This document shows positions 37,970-48,650 of a stretch of 64,000 bases of DNA, in pieces (position 1 is the stretch's first letter; every line of letters starts with the position of its first letter). The stretch covers positions 372,001-436,000 of the forward strand of contig CDRNVI010000069.1 in assembly GCA_977017575.1 (NCBI GenBank), written 5' to 3'. The stretch is from Paramoeba atlantica. Taxonomy: Eukaryota > Protista > Discosea. The notes below the pieces were generated by a model. The model did not search any database and had not been told where the DNA came from. It saw only the letters and a list, made by a program, of their open reading frames with translations. The translations under genes and the position numbers were made by a program.

Positions 37970-38820
37970 ATGGTGACAACCCGGTCCAAAGCTAAGCAGG
38001 GTACCGACTTCCAGCACGAAGCTAGCGCGCACAAACTTGGATCTTGGGATCAATTTGAAGCCAATAAAGATCTAGTCGAAGGGGTGAGTACATTCGAGGA
38101 GAGTCTTTATACCACGCCACTTCCACCTGATCCCTCATCTGAATTATTGGAGCGCGCTGACAAGATTGCCTGCGACATTAAGAACTCTACAGAAGGCGAA
38201 ACGCCAGACACAGGACACCAGAATGCTACCACCGAAGAAGAACTGTTCTCCAGTGTCCGCCCGACGGAAAGCCTCGAGTTCCAATTCGAAGGAGCCAATT
38301 CCTCTTCACTCAGCCAATTAAAGTCCTCTAGCAAGGCTGTGAAGGAGAAGTACGAGCGCCATAACCGCAGGGTAGGCTGTGCCGAATATGACTATGCTGA
38401 TAACAGGCTAGTTTTTCCTGATCTCACGCCTCCTGATCTTCGCTTCTCAGTAAAGGGTAGCAGTAAAGGCCGTAAACAGAAGAAACGCCCGAAGGGCATC
38501 AATCTTTCTCAGCTGGATGCAGTGTCCGGGGCCGACAGCGAGGAACGCGACAATATAGAGTCCAGCGCGAATTCACCCGGGCCACGCACTCATGCCACCG
38601 GAGTCATGAAAAGCCCGTCTATCAAATTGTCCCAAAAGGAACAGAACACTAACACCCCCACGGGTAAGCGTAAACGTCACGTGCAGGTGTCGAAACCAGG
38701 GCCACGCGATTCCTCAGATACCGAAAGGCTCAATCAACCCCCCAATACCACTCCAGAAAAGCCACCTACAGTCAATGGAAACACGCGGAAATGTCCTTCT
38801 CAGGGATGTGCATGGCAAGG
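37970..38820 (+). pseudogene. II-a N-terminal coding segment (TRSKAK motif, LsmAD-like motif, first half of a C2H2 finger)
   Basis: MVTTRSKAK...SWDQFEANKDLVEGVSTFEESLYTTPL...ERADKIACDI...CPSQGCAW; colinear with the II-b N-terminus. Confidence 0.85.
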
Positions 38821-39317
38821 GTTATGATCATACGCTCGTGGCGCAGAGATACGTCTCTCTGTGTGACGGCCGATACCATCGGCGCATGACCCGCATACGA
38901 CGGGTGTCACACAGAGAGTGGAGTGCGAAGTAGGAGACGAGACGCCCATCGGTCATGCTACAGCACGTATAGCCATGGTTCATGCTGCAACACGGTCAAG
39001 CCGTGGGTTCATGCTGTCAGATGGTCTATCGTGGATCATGATGCATCATGGGGAGGTCCGTTACCGCCGCACTCGCTACAGCATGTAGGGAGAGAGGGGT
39101 GCAAGTTCGCATCCCCTATACACGCATACAACGTGTCCTCCCGCTGTAGCACGCCCAGTGGTCCTCAAGGGAGGCCACCATGGCGCATAGCTCCCGGGAG
39201 AAGAAAGCACGAGAAGGAGAGAGCCGGGGAGGGAAGAAAGCTCACTCGAAGAGAGCGAGCCGGGGAGGGGTGAAGAGTGCGAAGTGCGTCCCCTACTTCC
39301 GCGACAAAGAGGGACAG

Positions 39318-39431
39318 TTTCAGCTAGCCGGCAGCCGGAAACGGGCATTTAAAAGTAAGAATACGCCCGTTTCCGGGAAAAGAAAGGAAGGGCTAGCAAA
39401 ATGTACCAACAAGGTACAGAAACTGTATCTT
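39318..39431 (-). ncRNA. Probable spliced-leader RNA gene fragment (3' 25 nt of exon, GT donor, structured intron); 3' boundary approximate
   Basis: AAGATACAGTTTCTGTACCTTGTTG|GTACATTTT; TGTACC-ttgtt-GGTACA stem across the donor; nested stems GCTAGCC/GGCTAGC (7 bp) and CCGGAAACGGGC/GCCCGTTTCCGG (12 bp). Exon resembles the kinetoplastid/diplonemid SL core ACAGTTTCTGTAC..TTG. Confidence 0.72.
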
Positions 39432-42400
39432 GTTGTGCCTCACGGGGGCCAATGGCAATCCTTTTATAACCACGTATCCCACAGACACGGGGACGAGGTG
39501 CCTGATACCTGGTGCCTGATACCAAGGAGGGACGTTTCCGATGCAGGGATTGCAACAGGCACTACAACCTAAGCAAACAGGTCACCCATGCCGAAAACTG
39601 CGCTTTCCGCTGCTCTTCTCCCCCACCTATCTCCGAACCTACACAGACAGGGGGCGACCCGAGGGACAACCCTGCATTTTTTGCCGCACAAGCCGTCGCC
39701 GAACCCCTTCCCTCCCTGGCGTCAATCTGTTCGACACCTCTCAACACATGCAAAGACATTCCCAACAGCTGTCGCCAGGGGTGGGCGAAAGTCTTCTGTG
39801 AGTGTCTCTCTTCCGCTGTACGAGACAATACAGTTGAGGCCTGGACTCTTCTCGCCATGCTACCGAAATGCGTACTACCGGCACCTCATCGTGGGGGGAG
39901 CAGGGCAAAACTATCGTACGCCTCGCACGTTCGGAAGTGTCTCGCCCGGTGGTCACGGAAAGAATTTCTCCCCCTTTGGAACGAAACAATTGCGAGCCTA
40001 CAACACAAAAAACGCGTCGCACAAGCACAGAGTCCGGAGGACGAGATAACCAAATCTGCTATGCGAGCTGAAAGACTCGTTCGCGACTCGGAACTATCTC
40101 GAGCTATGGCTGCCCTAACCTCTGAACCAGTAGCCCCGTATGACGATGATACTTACACTAAACTCCAAGCTAAGCATCCATCCCGACTCGCTACGTCGGT
40201 GAAACCCCTCAGTTCTTCGACGGAAATGGGACCAAAACCACTTCGAGCCACAGAGGAAGACGTAACGCAGGCTCTTGCAACTTTTCACCGGGGGTCATCG
40301 GGTGGCGCTTTTGGGCTACGCCCTGAACACGTACAAGTGGCACTAGAGTACCACCATGACGGCCGTACGGATCCATTGGGTACACTGACCGACTTTACGA
40401 ACCACATGCTCGCGGGGCAAGTGCCGCTCGAAGTTCAGTGCTATTTCGCTGGAGGCCGCTTATGCGCGTTAAAGAAAGGGGAGCGCGACGTGCGGCCAAT
40501 AGCGGCCGGAGAGACGCTCCGTCGCCTGGTGAGCAAAGTCGCCTGTCTCTCCGCCAAAACAACAGCTCGTAAGCTCTTCAAAGGACACCAATACGGTGTG
40601 GCCACTCCAGCAGGGTCTGAGCGCGTCATCCATCGATGCAGACAGACATTCGATTCTCACGTTGATGACAATGACTTCATTCTATGCAAAATTGACCTGA
40701 AAAACGCATTTAACCATGTCTCACGGGACTGGATCATTGCCCTTACTCGCGAACACTTTCCCGCTCTCAGTCACTACGTAGATTGGTGTTACTCTTCGGA
40801 CAGCCTACTTACTTTCGGAACACGCACCATTCCGTCTTCTGAAGGAGTGCAACAAGGCGACCCCTTAGGTCCTCTCCTTTTTTCCCTGGTTCTGAGAGAA
40901 GTAGCGGCGGAAATTCACGCAGTAGCCCCAATGCTCGATTTGAATCTGTGGTATCTGGACGACGGGGTGCTGGCTGGATCATCTGCTGATGTGCGGCACG
41001 CATTCGACGTGCTGGAAATCAAAGGACCACAACGGGGACTCCATATCAACGCCGCTAAATGTGAACTCGCCTTACACCCCTCATCATCTCCTCGCGCCTC
41101 CGTTTTCCCTGACATCCCTGGCCCGAATAAAAATTTCGAGGGTAATTTCAACATTTTAGGTAGCCCAGTCGGATCCACTGAATACTGTCATAAATTCCAT
41201 TTGGACAATGCCTTCGAACTGGCCCAAGATTCCCTAACCGCTATAACTTTGCTCGAGGATCCCCAGATCGCTCTCTCCCTCATCCGGCATTGTACAGGCT
41301 TCTGCAAGATGGTCTACTCTCTCCGTACCACCCCGACATCTGCACTGCAAGATATTTGTCGACGCCTGGACGACACTGTTCAGTCCACTCTCGAAAACTT
41401 TTTCCACCCACTTGGCGATGACGCCCGGCGACAGACACAACGAGACAAGCGCTTCGGAGGGCTAGGGCTCCGTTCAGCAGAGGAACATTCCTCTTCTGCT
41501 TACGTGGCCTCCGTGGCATTCGCATCAAGGAAGGATGGCTGGGCCCCCACCGAAGCGAAAGGTTTCGAAGAAGCAGTGAGCGATGTCAACAATCGCGCTG
41601 GACTAAATCTGGTAGACGGCGAAAATGGCACAATACCCAAGAGCATGGTTGTGTCAGATCGTTCCCTCTTTAGTACTATCGAAGCGAGCGAATCTAGAAA
41701 TGAAGCGGTAGTTCCCAGACAACGGGATCTCAGTCACTCGATCTCTTCCCAGGAATACAACAACGCGCTTAATACCGCTGACCCGCGGACGAGGGCCCGA
41801 TGGATCTCTGAAACGGGGGAAGGAGCGTCGGAGTGGGCATTTGTTTTGCCTTCCAAGAAGAACGGTCACGCATATACCCCGACAGAGTTCCGGATGCTGG
41901 TACGCTGGTGGCTTGGGGAGAACATATACCCCGGCACCCGACCTTGCCCCATGGACAAATGCACGCAGCCGCTTGGTCCAGAGGGGGATCACGCGATGTC
42001 GTGCAAAAGCGGGCATGGTATCATTTCCCGACACAATGCTCTGGCAACACAGTTTGCGGCGGAGTGTTCCAAGGCCGGGCTCGCCCCCAAACGAGAGGTC
42101 AGCCTGGGAAACAAGGGTCCGGGGGGCACCCTCACTAGGCCTGCAGATGTCTTTATAGACAGCCACCTCGGTCGGTCCCTTGTACTCGACTTCGCTGTCA
42201 CCCATGTCCAGCAACAAAAGTATACGGACACAGTCCGTGACGCTAACTGGGTGACGGCGGGGTCGTTCGCGGAACAATATGCCACCGTAAACAAGAGCAT
42301 GCAACGCGCAGAGGCGACTGCAGCACACTTTAAGTTCGGAGCTATGGTCGTAGAATCCTACGGCTCGTGGTGTCCCAGCGCAATGTCTGTTCTCCGAGAG

Positions 42401-42577
42401 GTCGCAGTAGCTAGGGCGGCTAAATCGGGCAGTGACATATCGAAGGGGGCGGCCTTACATCAGATTCTCACAGCTCTGAATGTAACACTGATGAGGTCGC
42501 AGGCCCGAATGCTAGTCTTGCGATTACCCGCAACGGGCCCCGACCTGGCTCTCCTGGGGTACGGGAAGGAAGAGTAG
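39432..42577 (+). pseudogene. II-a remainder: Zn fingers, RT, CCHC knuckle, RLE (ORF 39512-42577 open)
   Basis: RPIAAGETLRRLVSK, KIDLKNAFN, GVQQGDPLGPLLFSL, WYLDDG, CPMDKC..GDHAMSC, RPADVF..LDFAVTH. Confidence 0.9.
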
Positions 42578-43182
42578 CAAGCGGCCAAGAGGTGGAAAAC
42601 CTCGTGGGCAAGGGTGGGGCGGTAAGTGTCGTGGCTGCTTTGCTTGGTTCCTGGTTCTGCAGGGGGGTTGTGGCCAGCGTCGGACGGTCCTGCGGGCAAT
42701 AAGGTCCGGGGTAGTGAGAGAGGTGGCAGGTTGAGGTTTGCTCGTTTCGGGTTTGCTTGGGCATAGATTGCTTGTTTTTATTGTTATTGTTTTTATTGTT
42801 CTTATACTTACGGGAGATCGAATTGCTAGTTTTGGGCTCCAAAATATGAAATTGCTAATTTGATTGCTTGTTAAAAAAAAATCTTATATAAAATTGATAG
42901 ATAAAAAATTTTTATTATTTTATTATATTTTTATATTATGCTTTTGAAATAGTTTGCGCGCTATATACATCCGGATAAAAAAAAAAAAAAAAAAAAATTT
43001 TTTTTTTGCGCATCTTAGGGGGAGAAGCCTTTCGGGTCCGTAATACGGACGCGTTGGAAGGCTTCTTTCACGACTTTAACGTCTTGTTGTAGTATACAAT
43101 GGAAGTATACAATGCTGCTGTATACTCAAAATAATAGTTTCACGTGTTTTCCGTTCCTTTATTTATTCACATGTTACTCAAA

Positions 43183-43340
43183 AAAGCAAAACAGTAATAG
43201 CCGAATGCTGAAAGCAGCGAAAAAGTGACGACCCAAAGCAGCGAAACGGTGATAACCCAAAGCAGCGAAACAGTAACAACCAAGAGCTGAAAGCTGCGGA
43301 ACAATAATCACCAAGCAGCAAAACAAAAATAACCAAAGGA
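43183..43340. repeat. Degenerate 24-bp tandem repeat
   Basis: ccaaagcagcgaaacggtgataac / ccaaagcagcgaaacagtaacaac and looser flanking copies. Confidence 0.7.
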
Positions 43341-43360
43341 CTTTTTATAAAGGAACATCA

Positions 43361-44600
43361 TTAACGATAAAGATACAGTTTCTGTACCTTGTTGTTTTAT
43401 TACTTTTATTACTACACTTGATGGGCGTGTTTACGCGCGCCAAGGCGAAAGAAACAGGTGTAGCACCTGACATTTTGCCTCTCCCGGTTAACAAGCGCAA
43501 GAAGAAACCAGCGACTCCCCCCTCTGCGCCCCCCTCTGCGTCCCCCGTTGCGCCCCCAGCTGAGAAACTATCCGAGGAACCACTACCAACACCGCCGCCG
43601 CCACCGCAGTTTCCATCGCAGGTGCCGCCGACAGCGCCACCATCGTCGACACTTCACGAGTCATCGTCGCAACCAATGCGATCTGCATTGCCACCCTCCC
43701 CTCCACTCGCCCCCCCGGCACCCACCATGTTGCGACCGCCGTCGCCTGACATACTGCCCTCTTCGTCGCTGGCCACTCGGCCGAGCATGCATTCTCTCTC
43801 GCGAAGAGCGCGAACGAGGGCGTTGCCCTTACCACCCACACCCCTACCGACAAAGCCGTCACCACAATCGCCGCCATCTGTGACGAAGCCACGTTCTTTA
43901 CCGCCGCCACAGACCCCGCCAGCATCTGTGCTGCCGACTCTGCCTTCATATATGCGTTCACCATCGCTTTCGCCGCTGCCTGTTGCTCCACCTTCTCTGC
44001 CACAACCCCGTTCACAATGTCACAAGCCCATGTCACACATTCAAAGCACGACAAAAACGCGCCCTAAGATTAAAGTTGTATTTCGCAAATCGCCTCCCCG
44101 AATCCAAACATTCGAAGGACGCCTATCGCAAAACCATGTGGAAGACTCAATAAGTTACCTCTCAAAGGCACAATCTGGGGATACGACTGCAAGGGTGCAA
44201 GGAAAGGAACTACCCTCCTGCGTGGACGAGCTGCCTGCCATTCAAAAGGACAAAGGTCTCCCCACAGAGCTGCAAGAACCGCCGCCACCATACAATGTGC
44301 ACACATACACAATCTTTGAAAACGACCCGCCGTATGAGGAGTCCCGCGACATGACTAGAAACTACGTTCCAGCGTGCCCGAAGCGGCGGAATAGACTATT
44401 AATCCCAGAAAGGCCACAAACTACCGGCACGATGGGCCTTCGTCCAGAGCACCTCCAGGCAGCCATCTTGGAACATGTGGACAAGGATGTGAATCCTCTC
44501 TCGGCCCTCACGCGGCTGAACCAACGGGCCACTACCACCAAAGGGAGTTACGACTGGCTTATGTTGACAGCCTTAATAAACACATCCTGTCAAAATTTTT
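43361..44600 (+). mobile_element. SL-capped chimeric non-LTR fragment I-k (group I N-terminus, group II RT piece, group I thumb piece)
   Basis: SL 43361-43394; ATG 43421 MGVFTRAKAKETGVAP; about 44422-44522 GTMGLRPEHLQAAILEHVDKDVNPLSALTRL (II-b-like); then TTKGSYDWL (group I). Confidence 0.8.
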
Positions 44601-44730
44601 TTTTTTACAGAATTTTTTTTTTTTTAAACGTTGTCTTAATAATTGTATGATATAAACTGCGAATCCTCTTCAAACAATTCTTTTCGTAAACTATGAGACT
44701 TCCTACCACGGATTCTCACTGCATATTCCA

Positions 44731-47700
44731 TCAAAAAGCGCAAATATCGTCCCCATGGCTTTGGCTCAGGTACTTTCTGAGCTGGCCTAGGAGAATGTTT
44801 CCATTCATCTCCTGCAAGAGAAGTATGAAATCGTTTTCCACCTTGCTGGGCTCAATAGAAATCTTTTCCGCCAGAAGCCGTAGCAGCTCCCGAGTTCGGG
44901 CGTGCAACGAGCCACTTGACAGCACCGGTAAACAGGCGAATTGCTCCTCGGCGAACATATTCGATGAGACGTATTTGGTGTTTTTCCGCGCGATCGCATC
45001 TTTGATTGCCTTCGCCGGTGTTGTTCCCGCAAGAGATGGTGCCAGATCGTGTACGACGGTGAGATCATAGAAGATTTCACCTGTCGCCCAATAAATAACC
45101 AAATCGGGCCCTGAACGGTGTAGCGTGCTGCCTTTGCATGTCGCAATGTGCTCTCGCCGACGTTCTTCTCGGATCACCTCGGAGCATGATGTGCACACAT
45201 ATGTGGAGAATTGCCGTGGCTCTAACTCACAAGGAATACCCGCACGCAGACACATATTATGAATATAGCGTACTAGTGCGTTGTGCTTTACCGTTGTATT
45301 CATTCCCGCACATCGGACGCAACCCGGAATATGTGTAAGGGCAGTGGCACTGTTTAGAAGAACTCTGCATCCGGGGCAGGTGAGAGATTCGGGAAGACGT
45401 GGATGGCCCATTCCCAGGCGGGGCATTACTGCTAAGGTGAATTTCCGCGACGGCACGAGTCGCTCGTTTGCTTGTATCCATGTATAACTACCCTTCTTCG
45501 TTGTAGCGTCCATGATTCTTGCAAATTTCTTGTTCTTCCGAAGGCGCTCCTTCACTTCTTTGTGCATCTTGACTTCGACTGCCGTCATCTCAGCGACAGG
45601 TGCAGTGTCCGACTCGCTAGGCGTGACTTGAGCTGAAAGGAATTTTGGCTGCTCAAAAGCCACACTGCGCGACGCCTGGTACGCGGCCGCTCGGAGTGCA
45701 TCAGTAGAAGGCAGGCCCAGCCCACCCATACGAAGGGGAAGCCTTGCCCAGTCCAGTTGATCTTGCGTCATTGGTCCGAACCATGTCTTCAGAACTTTAT
45801 CAACTTCGCCGTCAAACTCCTTTGCCATCGCTTCAGAGGAGTTCGGTGTGTGTGTGCGAATATGAAAACGATGACGAATGTTAACACATTTAGAGAGCAG
45901 GATAGTAGATACGTTGCTCGCTCCCATCTGACTTAACCGACGGAAAATTGTTTTATGTTTCTGTAGCTTTTCTAGTAGTAGGGGATCTACCTTTTCGTCT
46001 TCTCCCACGTAAGCGCCGAGAACCTTGATTGCGTCCTTCTCTACGTTGACTTGCGCCATTCGCAGAACTTCCGGAATTTCCGTGCCCTTCGTTCCTCCGA
46101 ACCACACACATTTATGATTTGCCATTTGCATGTTTCTTTCATTCAACAAATCCCACACTCTATAAAATGCCTTCGTTAGGAGTGCAGGATCATCCGAAGC
46201 AAAGTTTATGTCGTCTATGTATGCGAATATTTTGATCGAGGGAAATTCTAAGGCAAGCGTTGCGAGGATGGGTTGCATCATTGTACAGAAAAGAAGCGTA
46301 GAAAGGGGAGACCCCTGTCGAACTCCTGCTGTGCTGAAAACTTTGTCGTGTAACTTTCCGTCTGATCCAAAATACAGCAGCTCCGACGGCTCGGCATATT
46401 GATCGTGAAAAAGCCTCCAGAACGGTCGCAAACTAGAGAACGCGAAGAGTGCGTTCGCGATGTCTTGCCTCCAAGGAGTGTTGAATGCATTGCTGATGTC
46501 CATTGTTAGGATTGATTGTCCTTCCTGATAGAGTTTATGTAGGCGGTGTACTACTGTTTCACATCCTGATTTAGTTGCCACTCCGAATTGCCACGGAGCA
46601 AAAATCGGCGGCAGACAATGTTCATATTTTTGCAACAAGACGATCTCTGCTAATTTTAGAAAAATCTCCCCAACAGCAACCGGGCGCACGTCCCTTCCAT
46701 TTGCTTTCGGTATGGCGACTAACCTTGCCCTCTTCAACCTGTCCATCACGTCTTTCGAGATCGCTCCATTTACAACATCCAGTAACATGTGACACAGAGC
46801 TGTGCAACAGATTTGATCGTCGAGCAACAGTCTGACTATACCGTCCGTTGTCCCAGATGGACCGGGTGCCGCGCCCTTGGCCAATCGACGACCTGCCTCG
46901 CGGAGTTCTTCCGTTGTTATGATCGCTGTCTGTGTCGCGTCTGCTGGTAATTCGAAAACGCAAGGAGCCGCAGGGTGCAGTTTTTGGAGTTTGGCAAATG
47001 TTTCTTTGTCAGATAATTTGTTGATTACCGTGACCTGATCCAGAACTTTTGCCGCTTTTGAGATCGACCCCTCGAGCACAAGGCGTGTGGCTTTTTTTAT
47101 CGCTCTGCGATCAGCGAATTGCCCTTCATCCGCGTCCTTCTCTCTTTCTTGAAGCTCGGATTGCGTAAGCACTGGGCGACGTCGTCGACTGCGCGCTGAC
47201 TGCTCTCTTAATTCTGCCAGCGAATATTTCATCGCGGAGAGCACCCTGTGCCATATCCGACAGCGGTGAGCATAATCACAATCTGCATAATCCCTCATAA
47301 GATCGCGGTAAACCGACACCACGCACGGTATAAATTCAGCGCTTACGTTTCTGACTGTAGGAATAGGTTCGTAATCCAAATCTTCGACTGTTTGCTTCAC
47401 AGACGGTATATCTTTTGCAGACGCGACTTGCTCGTCTTGAGCGCCTCTATTCAAAACGTTAATCCATACAATTTTATAGATGCGCACACTTTCCTGAGCA
47501 GGAATCGATCCCGCGAAGCTTCGTTCCTTGCAGTGTCCTTGTAGGCCGTCGTATTTTACAGTCAGTCTGCGTACACCTGCCCTTGATCTCGCCGTTTGAA
47601 CTGTGCCAGCAGAGATGTTTAACAATACTTGTTGGTCGAAACACCACGCTACCACGCATTCGTCGCCTTTCCGAGCATTTCTGGTATGTGACTCCACTTC

Positions 47701-48534
47701 TTGCGGCGTCAATGGGAACTCAGTCTCAGGTTTCACGTTTGCGCGCATGTCGTCCACAATTTGCGTTAGTCGGTCTGCATTGTTCGTCGAATCTACATTC
47801 ACTTCATCAAGCGGCAGGGGCGAGGGTATGCGGCCTGGGCTGGGTGATTGTCCTTTCTCCTCTGACGCGGGTGAGCTGCAGTCGTAGAACTCTTCTGGCT
47901 GAATTTCAGGTTGCGCAACTGGTTTGGACTTGGAGGCTGTTGTTTGCGCATCCGGCGCAGGGTCCGCCAATTGGGCTAAAGAAGGCAGTGTATTTGATAT
48001 CAAGGTTGCAATTGGTTTCATGGTCTGAATCACGGTGCTAGCTGTAGGAAACGTGAATCGCGAGCCGGTCGGTCGACGAATGCGAATGTGTGAATTGGTT
48101 TGTTTCGATGCTTCAATGGCTTTTTTATCTTTCGCTTCTTTCCGTTCCTCAGCTCGTCCTTCGTTCCGTTCGTTCAGAGGATGCGACGGAGATTGCGATC
48201 CAGGTGAAATGCAAGATTCTGATGAGGGTGGCGGCGTCGACGATGTCGGGGATTTCGAAGATGGGGAATTCCGTGGTGGCGGCAAAGGAGTCTTTTGTGG
48301 AGGGAAAACGAAAGCCCTCTTTTTCTGCAGGGTGGCTCGCAACCGCTCGGAGTGCTGTGTGTTTGTCGGTTGCGGTAGCGGTAACGGGACCGGTAGCTCT
48401 TGCGACGAAGATGCTTGGGGCGGAAACGGTCGCGGTTGCGGCGGAGATGGTTGCGGCGTAGACGGGGACGGTTGTGGCGTAGACGGTCGCGGCGAGGACG
48501 GTTGAGGTAGTAGTAGTAGTAGTAGGCAGGTTGG
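44731..48534 (-). CDS. Non-LTR element I-c polyprotein; frame open to about 48534, native start missing (slightly 5'-truncated)
   Basis: Beta-barrel module, GAAPGPSG, GVRQGSPLSTLLFC, AYIDD, LPLRMGGLGL, Zn knuckle, HRSGPDLVIYW..YDLTVVH; T-run about 44614-44625. Confidence 0.88.
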   Translation of the reverse strand, partial: PTCLLLLLLPQPSSPRPSTPQPSPSTPQPSPPQPRPFPPQASSSQELPVPLPLPQPTNTQHSERLRATLQKKRAFVFPPQKTPLPPPRNSPSSKSPTSSTPPPSSESCISPGSQSPSHPLNERNEGRAEERKEAKDKKAIEASKQTNSHIRIRRPTGSRFTFPTASTVIQTMKPIATLISNTLPSLAQLADPAPDAQTTASKSKPVAQPEIQPEEFYDCSSPASEEKGQSPSPGRIPSPLPLDEVNVDSTNNADRLTQIVDDMRANVKPETEFPLTPQEVESHTRNARKGDECVVAWCFDQQVLLNISAGTVQTARSRAGVRRLTVKYDGLQGHCKERSFAGSIPAQESVRIYKIVWINVLNRGAQDEQVASAKDIPSVKQTVEDLDYEPIPTVRNVSAEFIPCVVSVYRDLMRDYADCDYAHRCRIWHRVLSAMKYSLAELREQSARSRRRRPVLTQSELQEREKDADEGQFADRRAIKKATRLVLEGSISKAAKVLDQVTVINKLSDKETFAKLQKLHPAAPCVFELPADATQTAIITTEELREAGRRLAKGAAPGPSGTTDGIVRLLLDDQICCTALCHMLLDVVNGAISKDVMDRLKRARLVAIPKANGRDVRPVAVGEIFLKLAEIVLLQKYEHCLPPIFAPWQFGVATKSGCETVVHRLHKLYQEGQSILTMDISNAFNTPWRQDIANALFAFSSLRPFWRLFHDQYAEPSELLYFGSDGKLHDKVFSTAGVRQGSPLSTLLFCTMMQPILATLALEFPSIKIFAYIDDINFASDDPALLTKAFYRVWDLLNERNMQMANHKCVWFGGTKGTEIPEVLRMAQVNVEKDAIKVLGAYVGEDEKVDPLLLEKLQKHKTIFRRLSQMGASNVSTILLSKCVNIRHRFHIRTHTPNSSEAMAKEFDGEVDKVLKTWFGPMTQDQLDWARLPLRMGGLGLPSTDALRAAAYQASRSVAFEQPKFLSAQVTPSESDTAPVAEMTAVEVKMHKEVKERLRKNKKFARIMDATTKKGSYTWIQANERLVPSRKFTLAVMPRLGMGHPRLPESLTCPGCRVLLNSATALTHIPGCVRCAGMNTTVKHNALVRYIHNMCLRAGIPCELEPRQFSTYVCTSCSEVIREERRREHIATCKGSTLHRSGPDLVIYWATGEIFYDLTVVHDLAPSLAGTTPAKAIKDAIARKNTKYVSSNMFAEEQFACLPVLSSGSLHARTRELLRLLAEKISIEPSKVENDFILLLQEMNGNILLGQLRKYLSQSHGDDICAF

Positions 48535-48650
48535 TCATAAAACGAGCAAAATACATTTTTTTTTTACTTCGTCATCTGACTATGAGGGAACCAAAATTAC
48601 TCTTTCAAGTTTACATCAATCAATCAATCAAAACTTTCAGCTGTGTAGGT

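Larger units (their letters stand above)
37891..42882 (+). mobile_element. Group II CRE-clade non-LTR element II-a, full length but disrupted
   Basis: SL-5'UTR-ATG 37970; about 610-bp insertion at 38821-39431; 13-bp duplication frameshift about 39497-39523; 3' UTR tail homologous to II-b; A-run about 42873-42882. Confidence 0.88.

Noticed and set aside
38821-39320. 5S rRNA or tRNA linked to the SL fragment
   Set aside because: I could not recognise 5S or tRNA box motifs or a cloverleaf on either strand.
41654-42328. Antisense and alternate-frame ORFs (also 43488-44054, 49694-50074, 15920-16522 and most 60-200-aa entries)
   Set aside because: Shadows of GC-rich or Pro-rich element coding sequence, with no independent motifs.
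43183-43340. CRISPR array
   Set aside because: Degenerate contiguous 24-mers with no unique spacers and no cas genes.
34032-48556. Motif atgtattttgctcgtt at 34032 (+) and 48556 (-) as a shared promoter
   Set aside because: Opposite orientation relative to the adjacent elements, and a similar string occurs in the II-d 3' UTR; more likely a stray fragment, with too little evidence to call.
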